NCBI GenBank assembly: GCA_008932965.1
Contig: WBXG01000005.1
Span: 1-32,000, forward strand
DNA length: 32,000 bases
Reading direction: 5' to 3'
From: Verrucomicrobiota bacterium
GTDB taxonomy: Bacteria > Verrucomicrobiota > Verrucomicrobiia > Chthoniobacterales > UBA6821
Part shown: piece by piece, positions 1 through 7,649 of the stretch
Layout of the letters: each line of letters opens with the position of its first letter
How positions within the stretch are numbered: the stretch's first letter is position 1
Translations under genes and position numbers: made by a program
The notes under the pieces: generated by a model
Told to the model about the DNA's origin: nothing
Databases searched by the model: none
What the model saw: the letters and a program-made list of their open reading frames with translations, nothing else

Positions 1-165
1 CTACCGATCTACTACGGAAGCCGGGAAGTCAGATGGATGCTGCGTTAGACTCCCATTTTGATTTGGGCAGTATGTACACATACAGCCCTGCATCAAAATA
101 CTCCTGCCTTACCCCATCAGCCTTCGCGGTCTCCTCGTCACGATCAGTATGAAATATGCGGGTTA
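1..165 (+). mobile_element. MITE-like repeat family, copy A (left TIR cut off by the window edge)
   Basis: Aligns along its length with copies at 6277-6457 and 7419-7599. Shared blocks are gggaagtcagatggatgctgcg and agccttcgcggtctcctcgtcacgatcagtatgaaa. The right end atgaaatatgcgggtta is the inverted-repeat terminus. Confidence 0.8.
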
Positions 166-167
166 AT

Positions 168-226
168 GGAGTAAGCACCGAGCCTTTCACAAACCGTAAT
201 AGATTTAGTGTAAAATATTCGGGCTA
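168..226 (-). repeat. Left-end fragment of the same repeat family (subtype shared with copy C), inverted and abutting copy A
   Basis: The reverse complement reads tagcccgaatattttacactaaatctattacggtttgtgaaaggctc. This matches the left arm of copy C (cgaatatttcacactaaatttattacagcttgtgaaaagctc). Confidence 0.6.
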
Positions 227-261
227 GGTAAGCATTAATTTATGAATTATAGTAGCAATCG

Positions 262-1092
262 ATGAATTACAGCAGACTTTTTTCTTTTCGTGAAAGTGAG
301 GATGCATCACGCCCTTTGCTCGAGCACCTAGATGACTTGCGCCGAATGGTTATTAAAATAGCCATTACCCTTGTGGTAGCCATGGTGGGGAGTTTTTTCT
401 TTCGGAGTTTTCTAGCAGCGTTCATTCAAAAACCATTGATGATCGTTGATCCCACACGTGTCGGGAGTTTGCAATCACTCGGTGTTGCCGATTCTATGAC
501 GATTTCCCTAGAGCTCTCATTTTACGCTGGATTTATCCTCTCCTTTCCACTCTTACTTTATTTTGTTGGTGAGTTTCTTTTTCCGGCACTAAGTCGTGCC
601 GAAAAACGTTTAATCTTGCCTGTGACAGCGGGTAGTTTTTTTCTTTTTGTTCTTGGGGTGAGTTTTAGTTACTACGTGGTTCTGCCAGGAACCCTTGACT
701 TTTTTTTTCGTGATGCCAAGGCAATGCATTGGGTTCCAACCTGGACGGTCCGTGATTACTACTCTTTTACAACACAATTCCTCATCGCTTTTGGAGTTGC
801 TTTTGAAATGCCGATTGTCGTTTTGATTCTTGTAAAGTTAGGGTTTCTCAACTCAACAACATTACGCAAAACCCGTTCTATTGCTATTGTGACTATTTTT
901 ACAATTGCGGCTTTTATTACTCCATCACCTGATCTGATGACCTATTTATTAATGGGGGTTCCTATGGTTTTGCTCTATGAAGTGTGCATTCTTCTCGCAC
1001 GATGGGTTGAGGATCCAGCAGAGGAGCTGATTTTGGAACAACGAGTCGAAAGAAATCTCAGTGCCGAAATTGAAAAAAAGGGAGAGTTCTAA
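262..1092 (+). CDS. tatC: Sec-independent (Tat) protein translocase subunit TatC
   Basis: 276-aa polytopic membrane ORF. The N-terminal PLLEHLDDLRRMVIK motif and overall helix layout are typical of TatC. Its stop overlaps the next start (TAATG). Confidence 0.85.
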   Translation: MNYSRLFSFRESEDASRPLLEHLDDLRRMVIKIAITLVVAMVGSFFFRSFLAAFIQKPLMIVDPTRVGSLQSLGVADSMTISLELSFYAGFILSFPLLLYFVGEFLFPALSRAEKRLILPVTAGSFFLFVLGVSFSYYVVLPGTLDFFFRDAKAMHWVPTWTVRDYYSFTTQFLIAFGVAFEMPIVVLILVKLGFLNSTTLRKTRSIAIVTIFTIAAFITPSPDLMTYLLMGVPMVLLYEVCILLARWVEDPAEELILEQRVERNLSAEIEKKGEF

Positions 1093-2330
1093 TGGAAAAG
1101 AAAATCTCTCGACAGGCTATCTCTATTGTTTGGGGAGGAGCTATTTCATTTGTAGTTGCCATGGGATTTGCTAGGTTTGCATTCACCCCTCTTCTTCCGA
1201 TGATGCTTCACGATCATGTAATTGATCTGCAAGGGGGGACTTTCTTAGCGAGTATTCATTATATTGGATATCTTTTAGGGGCCAGTACATGTGTGCTCCT
1301 ACCATGGTTGCTCTCTCACTATAAAATTAGGATACCAAGTCATAGTGCAATCATTCGCTATAGTCTTTTGGTAACAGTGCTCTTGATTTTTGGCATGGCT
1401 CTTCCTTTTCCATGGCTCTGGCCTGCATGTCGATTTCTCACAGGAATCTCTACTGCTTTTGCATTTGTCTACACCTCGGGATGGTCTCTTGAACGACTTG
1501 CACAGCTCCAGGCTCTCTCATTAAGCGGACTCATTTATACTGGGCCTGGGATTGGCATTGTTCTCTCGGGGATGATTTCTATCCTGATGATTTTTTTTCA
1601 TTTCTCCTCTAGTGCTGCATGGTTGGGATTTTCAGTAATAGCAGCTTTCATGATCGCTGCTGTTTGGAAGACATTCCATGGGGATTTGATGAAGCATTCC
1701 TCCATTACCGAAACAAGAGATCTCCTGATTCCTGTGCCAGAAATGTGGACCTTAGAATCGATTTTCTTAATCATTGCCTATGGTCTTGCTGGATTTGGCT
1801 ACATTATTACCGCGACATTTTTACCCGTAATTGCCCATGAGGTGATTCCCAAATCGGCTTGGATTGATTATCTTTGGCCAATTTTTGGAGTGAGTGTTGT
1901 CATTGGAGCTCTCATCACAAAAAAAATTCCCCATGGAGCAGATCGTCGCTCTGTTTTATTTTTTATTTACATCATGCAATTAACAGGAGTTCTGATGCCT
2001 CTTGGGTTTCCTAGCCAAGGGGGCTTTCTCCTAGGGATTATTTTGGTGGGATTTCCTTTCAATATTATCTCACTTTTAGGAATGCAGGAAGCACGCCGGC
2101 TGCGACCGCAAGAATCAACAACACTCATGGGCTTGCTAAGTGCCATGTATGGATTAGGACAAATTTTAGGTCCATCGGTGGCTTCCTATTTTCTAAGTCA
2201 TAGCAAAAGTCATGCTCAGGCATTCTCCTTTTCCTTGATGACCGCAGCTGCAAGTCTCGGGGTCGGTGCATTTTTTTTCCTGCTCATGAGATGTTTATTT
2301 CCAATCAAAGCGATTGTATCTCACGATTAG
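1092..2330 (+). CDS. YbfB/YjiJ-type MFS transporter
   Basis: 412-aa ORF with about 12 hydrophobic segments. The N-terminal GFARFAFTPLLPMM motif is as I recall for the YbfB/YjiJ MFS family. A 1-nt overlap with tatC suggests translational coupling. Confidence 0.7.
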   Translation: MEKKISRQAISIVWGGAISFVVAMGFARFAFTPLLPMMLHDHVIDLQGGTFLASIHYIGYLLGASTCVLLPWLLSHYKIRIPSHSAIIRYSLLVTVLLIFGMALPFPWLWPACRFLTGISTAFAFVYTSGWSLERLAQLQALSLSGLIYTGPGIGIVLSGMISILMIFFHFSSSAAWLGFSVIAAFMIAAVWKTFHGDLMKHSSITETRDLLIPVPEMWTLESIFLIIAYGLAGFGYIITATFLPVIAHEVIPKSAWIDYLWPIFGVSVVIGALITKKIPHGADRRSVLFFIYIMQLTGVLMPLGFPSQGGFLLGIILVGFPFNIISLLGMQEARRLRPQESTTLMGLLSAMYGLGQILGPSVASYFLSHSKSHAQAFSFSLMTAAASLGVGAFFFLLMRCLFPIKAIVSHD

Positions 2331-2438
2331 CCTGAATATTTTAACGATGGCTGCCTCCTTTAGTAGCGGAGTATGAATGTGCGCTTGCAGTAGAGATGCG
2401 CCTGTGGCCACGGCATTGAAAGCATTTACATGCTCTAG

Positions 2439-2514
2439 TGGCGACCCTAACGGGATTCGAACCCGTGTTACCCCCGTGAAAGGGGGGTGTCCTAGGCCTC
2501 TGGACGATAGGGTC
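2439..2514 (-). tRNA. tRNA-Glu (anticodon UUC), CCA encoded
   Basis: Hand-folded cloverleaf. Acceptor GACCCTA/TAGGGTC, D stem GTCC/GGAC, anticodon stem CCCCC/GGGGG with loop CTTTCAC, T arm CGGG-TTCGAATC-CCG. Close to E. coli tRNA-Glu. Confidence 0.93.
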
Positions 2515-2817
2515 AAAAGTCTGCTTTAAAATTTTATGAATGCTAATATTGGAGGGGCTACTTTGAACTATAGAAAGCCTCTGAGACCTATTGAGAGTTT
2601 CATGATGAAGCCGAAGTCAAACCGCTTTAGAAAATTCTAATACATGAACTCAAGCTAGCACAAAGAGACTCAAGTATCGCTTTTCCCCTCTTCAAAACTC
2701 AAAAATGTGAAAGCAGACTTTCTTGAGGAGCTAAACACCCTAATAGCAAAAGTAGAGAAGTTCAATGGGAAAAAGAAAAATTCAGAAGAATAAAGTATTC
2801 TCTCAAGTGTTATCGAT

Positions 2818-2849
2818 TAACCCGGGTATTTTAAACTGATCGTGACGAG
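2818..2849 (-). repeat. Terminal remnant (right-end TIR region) of the MITE-like family
   Basis: taacccgggtattttaaactgatcgtgacgag matches the reverse complement of the copy A right end (taacccgcatatttcatactgatcgtgacgag) at 28 of 32 positions. It lies 14 nt past the HIT gene stop. Confidence 0.6.
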
Positions 2850-2863
2850 TCCCTCTATCGCTT

Positions 2864-3211
2864 TTATCCGGGAGGCCATTCCATCTGGCGCCCACCTAGA
2901 AGATGGAGATGTAAGTGAGGTACCGCCTCTCCCCCTTCTTTTCCATTGTTGATAACAATGCGAAAACCAGATTCAGTGAGATGTTCTATTTCTGCAACTT
3001 TTACTGCAGCTAAGAGTAATCTGCCTAAAATCATCTGATCCTCTGCTGTTGTCTGAGTGATACGTGGGATCGGTTTTTTAGGAACAATGAGAAGGTGTGT
3101 TGGTGCTTGTGGAGCTATATCTCTAAAAGCAATCCAATCCTCTTCTTCTGCGACAATATCGGCAGGAATAGTACGTGCGATAATTTTTTCAAACAGGGTC
3201 ATGGAAGGCAT
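2864..3211 (-). CDS. HIT-family (histidine triad) nucleotide-binding protein
   Basis: 115-aa ORF with the C-terminal histidine triad HLHLHLLGG and a HinT-like N-terminus (LFEKIIARTIPADIV). Confidence 0.88.
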   Translation of the reverse strand: MPSMTLFEKIIARTIPADIVAEEEDWIAFRDIAPQAPTHLLIVPKKPIPRITQTTAEDQMILGRLLLAAVKVAEIEHLTESGFRIVINNGKEGGEAVPHLHLHLLGGRQMEWPPG

Positions 3212-3319
3212 GTCACGGGTAATGGGTATTGGGTAAAAGAAAATGATTGTTGCAGGACTATTTTAAAAAAAAGATTCAAAAATGGTGCTCGTTGCCCATT
3301 ACTTGTTACTACAGTCAAT

Positions 3320-3895
3320 CTAAGAAAGTTCTATTTCGAGTGGCTTTTGATTTTTTCTTTTGTTGAGAAAAAAGTGTGAGCGGCCGTAGCGTCTAATAAA
3401 GTTCACAATTTCTTCACGTAATATGTCGTGACTTCCTAAACGAACTCGATGTTGGAGCTGACGCAAGCAGGGTTCTAGGTCATTAATCTCCAGACGAAGG
3501 CTACTTGATTCAGCGATTTCTTGAAGACGTTTACGTAGGAGGGGAAAAAATACCAGCTCGTAAGCAGTTCCTGCTTCTTGCACAAGCTCTAGAAGTGAGA
3601 GCGATACAGGGGGATCAGGTAGAGAAAATGTGGCAGCAATTGCCTCATATTTTAAAGAGATAAGCAGGTTCTCAATCACCTTTTCTAGTTTCTCAAGAGT
3701 GATGACGGTTCCTTTACACTCTTGTTGAAGGTAAATAGTAATAGCATCTGTGAGCTCTGATGCCATGGACCAATGCTCCTGGCCCGCTCTCTTTGAAGCC
3801 TGTTCTAGCGCTACTATTATCCACTCTTTATTAAAGGAAGCAGAATGGCCTTTAGGAGTAATAACCAATGGTATTCCATGCCGAAGAACGATCAT
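3320..3895 (-). CDS. Hypothetical protein (no recognisable family)
   Basis: 191-aa ORF on the same strand, lying between nrdR and the HIT gene. I recognise no motif. Called on ORF length and operon-like context only. Confidence 0.5.
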   Translation of the reverse strand: MIVLRHGIPLVITPKGHSASFNKEWIIVALEQASKRAGQEHWSMASELTDAITIYLQQECKGTVITLEKLEKVIENLLISLKYEAIAATFSLPDPPVSLSLLELVQEAGTAYELVFFPLLRKRLQEIAESSSLRLEINDLEPCLRQLQHRVRLGSHDILREEIVNFIRRYGRSHFFLNKRKNQKPLEIELS

Positions 3896-3974
3896 TCTTT
3901 TTTAGAGTGAAAAAGTTATTGAAAATTTCATGAGAAGGGGAGGTCTCCAACTTTCTTGAAGCCTGCCGATCTTG

Positions 3975-4439
3975 TCAATATGTCATTGGTGGTTGCTTCA
4001 AGGATTGAATTTCTTCAAGAAATTCTCCTACTTCCTGGAAAGCACGATAGACAGAAGCATAGCGGACATACGCAATCGGGTCAATTTTGCGAAGTTGCTC
4101 CATCACCTGATCGCCGATGAGTTTCGTAGGAATCTCTTGCTGTTGCAACGACTCCAAATTTTGTACAATTTGAGCAATCGCCTCTTCCATCACCTCGAGT
4201 GCAATGGGGCGCTTTTGACATGCTTTAACCAAGCTAGAAAGCAGCTTCTGTCGATCCAAAGACTCACGACGACCATCGCGCTTCACAGCTAGGAGCTCAA
4301 TACGTTCTATCTCTTCGTAGGTTGTGAAGCGATGGTTGCATTGCAAACATTCCCGACGACGACGGATGCTATTTCCTTCTTTAGTAAGACGAGAATCAAT
4401 GACTTTATCGTCGAGTGAATGACACTTGGGGCAGAGCAT
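3975..4439 (-). CDS. nrdR: Transcriptional repressor NrdR
   Basis: Starts MLCPKCHSLDDKVIDSRLTKEGNSIRRRRECLQCNHRFTTYE (zinc ribbon) followed by an ATP-cone. I chose the ATG at 4439. The ORF-track start at 4499 adds 20 non-homologous residues. Confidence 0.9.
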   Translation of the reverse strand: MLCPKCHSLDDKVIDSRLTKEGNSIRRRRECLQCNHRFTTYEEIERIELLAVKRDGRRESLDRQKLLSSLVKACQKRPIALEVMEEAIAQIVQNLESLQQQEIPTKLIGDQVMEQLRKIDPIAYVRYASVYRAFQEVGEFLEEIQSLKQPPMTY

Positions 4440-4586
4440 GTATAAGGCTGAGACTTCTAGTTGAAAAAAGTTAATTAGAAAAGAACACCCAGATCTCAAA
4501 AAACAGAAATCTTTGAATCTATGTTCATTGAAAAGAGATCAGGGATTGACGACTGTTGTGCGTTTCTTGAAGTACATTTTTTTCTC

Positions 4587-4660
4587 CGGAGTCGACGGGA
4601 CTCGAACCCGCAACCCCCGCCGTGACAGGGCGGTGCTCTAACCAATTGAGCTACGACTCC
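4587..4660 (-). tRNA. tRNA-Asp (anticodon GUC), no encoded CCA
   Basis: Hand fold. Acceptor GGAGTCG/CGACTCC, D stem GCTC/GAGC, anticodon stem CCGCC/GGCGG with loop CTGTCAC, T arm GCGGG-TTCGAGT-CCCGT, discriminator G. Confidence 0.93.
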
Positions 4661-4806
4661 TAGAAAAATAAAATCGAGATCGAAGAGGGAACATCATCCA
4701 TGCATTCTTCCTAGGAGCAATCTTATTTTTCAAAATTATAAAACTTTTTTTAAGAATGGTTTTTTAGGCCTCGTTATTATTTACTCATGGATCGTTACGG
4801 CTTTGT

Positions 4807-6279
4807 ATGTCCTATTCTTCTCTTGCTCATTTTGTAAAAACTCTTGAAGAGGCTGGTGAATTGATCCGCATCACTCTTCCCGTAGCGACAGAGCTGCAAA
4901 TTACAGAGTTAGCGAATCGCGAAATGAAGAAGCCAGAAGGAGGAAAGGCGTTGCTTTTTGAAAAACCAACGATCCATGGAGTCATTTCCAAATTTCCTGT
5001 TTTAATCAACGCGATGGGTTCACGCAGGCGGATGGCAATGGCCTTAGGGCTTCATTCGGTGGAAGAACTATCCAGTCAGTTGGAATTCCTGATGAAGGCA
5101 AAACCGCCCAAAACATTCCGTGATGGTCTGACTCTCTTGCGGCAAGGAATCGATCTTGTTCATGCACGTCCCCGTTATGTGAAGCGCGGACCGTGTCAAG
5201 AGGTGGTCTATCGTTTAGATCAGGCGCAAAGTGATTTTTCGCTCAGCAGTCTCCCTATTCTTAAATGCTGGCCTCATGATGGAGGGCGCTTTGTAACCCT
5301 ACCAACAGTTTATACTAAAGACCCTGACACTGGGGATCGTAATATCGGCATGTACCGAATGCAGGTCTATGATGGCTCCACAACCGGAATGCATTGGCAG
5401 GTGCACAAGGTGGCGGCGCGCCATGGAAAGCGTTACTATGAGCGAGGAGAACCGATGCCAGTGGCTGTTGCCTTGGGTGGTGATCCTGTCTTTCCCTTTT
5501 CAGCAATGGCTCCACTTCCAGATGGTATTGATGAAATTCTCTTCGCAGGATTTGCACGCAAACGTTCTGTAGAGCTCGTGAAGTGTATAAGTGTGCCTCT
5601 GGAAGTACCAGCGGAGAGCGATATCGTGATCGAGGGTTTTGTCTATCCAGGGGAAACCCGCCCGGAAGGGCCATTTGGTGATCATACGGGATTTTATACG
5701 CCAGTCGATGACTATCCTGTTTTTCATGTCACCGCAATCACCCATCGTCGTGAAGCCATCTATCCTGCAACTATTGTGGGTGTACCTCCCATGGAAGATT
5801 TTTATATGGGAGAGGCAAGTGTGCGCATTTTTCTTCCTATCTTTAAAATGAATTTTCCAGAGATCGTCGACATGGCCCTGCCTGCAGAAGGAGTCTTTCA
5901 CAATCTTGTTTTTGTGAGTATTCGAAAGCAATACCCTTGGCAGGCATTCAAGGTAATGCATGGCCTCTGGGGAATGGGCCAGATGATGTTTTCGAAATAT
6001 ATCATTGTGGTGGATGAGGATTGTAATGTTCAAAACACTTCCGAAGTGATCTTCCGACTTTGTTCTAATACTGATCCACAGCGCGATAGCATTGTGACTA
6101 AAAATCCCAGTGATAGTCTCGATCATGCCCCAACCATTGCTAATCTGGGATCCCATATGGGATTTGATGCCACAAAAAAACTGCCTGGGGAAGGTTATAC
6201 CCGGGGCTGGCCAGACTTAGTTAAGATGGATCCAGCAGTTGAGGCATGGGCAGATCAGTTTGTTGGATATCCGGGTTAA
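4807..6279 (+). CDS. UbiD-family (prenylated-FMN dependent) aromatic decarboxylase, quinone biosynthesis type
   Basis: 490-aa ORF with the UbiD hallmark block GGRFVTLPTVYTKDPDTGDRNIGMYRMQVYDGSTTGMHWQVHK. The stop codon lies inside the terminal palindrome of repeat copy B. Confidence 0.85.
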   Translation: MSYSSLAHFVKTLEEAGELIRITLPVATELQITELANREMKKPEGGKALLFEKPTIHGVISKFPVLINAMGSRRRMAMALGLHSVEELSSQLEFLMKAKPPKTFRDGLTLLRQGIDLVHARPRYVKRGPCQEVVYRLDQAQSDFSLSSLPILKCWPHDGGRFVTLPTVYTKDPDTGDRNIGMYRMQVYDGSTTGMHWQVHKVAARHGKRYYERGEPMPVAVALGGDPVFPFSAMAPLPDGIDEILFAGFARKRSVELVKCISVPLEVPAESDIVIEGFVYPGETRPEGPFGDHTGFYTPVDDYPVFHVTAITHRREAIYPATIVGVPPMEDFYMGEASVRIFLPIFKMNFPEIVDMALPAEGVFHNLVFVSIRKQYPWQAFKVMHGLWGMGQMMFSKYIIVVDEDCNVQNTSEVIFRLCSNTDPQRDSIVTKNPSDSLDHAPTIANLGSHMGFDATKKLPGEGYTRGWPDLVKMDPAVEAWADQFVGYPG

Positions 6280-6457
6280 CCCGCATATTTGATACCGATT
6301 CTGCTGCGGCTTGCGAACCCCTAATGGATACTGCGTCAGTCTCGAATTGCTCCTCGGGCAGTATGAAACATACAGCCCTGCATCAAAATGCTCGCCTGCC
6401 TTACCCCATCAGCCTTCGCGGCCTCCTCGTCACGATCAGCATGAAACATCCGGGTTA
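6277..6457 (+). mobile_element. MITE-like repeat family, copy B (181 bp, full length)
   Basis: TIRs are taacccgcatatttgat at the left and atgaaacatccgggtta at the right, with TA at both ends. Internal blocks are shared with copies A, D and E. Confidence 0.85.
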
Positions 6458-6473
6458 ATGAGGCTTGTTTTTT

Positions 6474-7247
6474 TTAGTCGATAGTATCAAAAAAATATAC
6501 TTTTACTGCTAGTGCTATTTTTTTTATGAAACCAACACGATAGACCTGATGAAAAACATCATAACGATCACGCTTTATTTTTTCTAAAAGTGTTCGATAG
6601 ATAGCTTCCATCAGGCGTGCAGGGCGCATGAGATGGCGCTCGCATGGTGACATTTTTTTCCAAGCAATTTCTGCTTTTGCAAAAAAGGAGAGGGCTCTTT
6701 CTGCTTCGTAATCGAGTAGATGGATTGCTTGGGGTGAAGGGGTTGAATTGAGAATTTCTTTTTCTGTGACATGAAAGCGGGCGAAATCTTCAAGAGGTAA
6801 ATAGATTCTTCCTCGAGTAGCATCTTCGGCAACATCCCGCAGGATGTTGGTCAGCTGCAAGGCAAGTCCAAGATTCTCAGCATACTCGTTGACATTTTTT
6901 CCGCTGGCTCCAAAAAGTTGTGCGCTGACGAGTCCGACTGCAGAGGCAACGCGCCACGCATAGAGCCGAAGATCTTCAAATGTTTCATAACGATTAATTG
7001 AAAGATCCATCCGCATCCCTTGAATGATCTCCTCAAGTACTGTTCGATCTAGTTGATAACGTTCCCTCAGTTCCTCCAATCTCTCAAGAGCCGTCTGTAG
7101 AACGTTTTCTTTTTCACGCAATGAAAGTGATATGCTATCTACGCATTCATCAATGCTATGACACAAGTCATAGAAACGAAGTGCGCTCTTACGACGAGCT
7201 CGTGGTAAGAGGTAAAGAGCAATGGCTAAGTTTGATTGAAAATTCAT
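6474..7247 (-). CDS. Squalene/phytoene synthase family protein (HpnD/CrtB-like)
   Basis: 257-aa ORF. First Asp-rich motif is IDECVD. Second motif is NILRDVAEDATRGRIYLP, the characteristic DxxED...GRxYLP block. It is shorter at the N-terminus than the typical 280-310 aa. Confidence 0.8.
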   Translation of the reverse strand: MNFQSNLAIALYLLPRARRKSALRFYDLCHSIDECVDSISLSLREKENVLQTALERLEELRERYQLDRTVLEEIIQGMRMDLSINRYETFEDLRLYAWRVASAVGLVSAQLFGASGKNVNEYAENLGLALQLTNILRDVAEDATRGRIYLPLEDFARFHVTEKEILNSTPSPQAIHLLDYEAERALSFFAKAEIAWKKMSPCERHLMRPARLMEAIYRTLLEKIKRDRYDVFHQVYRVGFIKKIALAVKVYFFDTID

Positions 7248-7265
7248 ACCATGATGGTGATTGGT

Positions 7266-7420
7266 TCATTCGAATATTTCACACTAAATTTATTACAGCT
7301 TGTGAAAAGCTCTATGGCTACTGCGTTAATCTCGAATTGTGATTGGGGTGGTAGGGACTCCTACAGCCGTCATTAGCCTTCGTGGTCTCCTCGTCACGAT
7401 CAGTATGAAAATTCGGGTTA
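7266..7420 (+). mobile_element. MITE-like repeat family, copy C (shorter variant, about 155 bp)
   Basis: The left end cgaatatttcac and the right end cctcgtcacgatcagtatgaaaattcgggtta match the family. The left arm matches the fragment at 168-226. It shares its terminal TA with copy D. Confidence 0.75.
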
Positions 7421-7599
7421 GCCCGAATATTTCATCCCAATCTACTGCGGAAACCGGGAAGTCAGATGGATGCTGCGTTGATCTCGAAGTCTTCCTCGGG
7501 CAGTGTGTATACACACAGCCGTCGTCAGACTTCATCACTCGCCTTGCCCCATGAGCCTTCGCGGTCTCCTCGTCACGATCAGTATGAAAATTCGGGCTA
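7419..7599 (+). mobile_element. MITE-like repeat family, copy D (181 bp, full length)
   Basis: TIRs are tagcccgaatatttcat at the left and atgaaaattcgggcta at the right. There is a central perfect 14-nt palindrome gtgtgtatacacac (7503-7516). The reverse strand is open through the whole element. Confidence 0.88.
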
Positions 7600-7649
7600 G
7601 AGATTCTTTGACTCGTTACCCATTACTCGCTACCGGTTATGTGTCTCAT

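Noticed and set aside
2295-2516. 73-aa ORF on the minus strand
   Set aside because: It overlaps tRNA-Glu (2439-2514) almost entirely, so it is an artefact of translating a tRNA gene.
5500-6156. 218-aa ORF antisense to the UbiD-family gene, and the similar antisense or alternate-frame ORFs at 11925-12293 (in tuf), 3972-4292 (in nrdR), 30482-30916 (in gnd) and 1619-1840 (in the MFS gene)
   Set aside because: They overlap genes with strong family signatures and have no recognisable motifs. Their composition is typical of shadow ORFs.
7326-7554. Two 70-aa ORFs (7326-7538 minus, 7339-7554 plus), the ORF at 6246-6458, and the N-terminal 49 residues of the 7503-8249 ORF
   Set aside because: All lie inside copies of the MITE-like repeat. 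The homologous pgsA sequence begins at the ATG at 7650. The repeat simply happens to be open in several frames.
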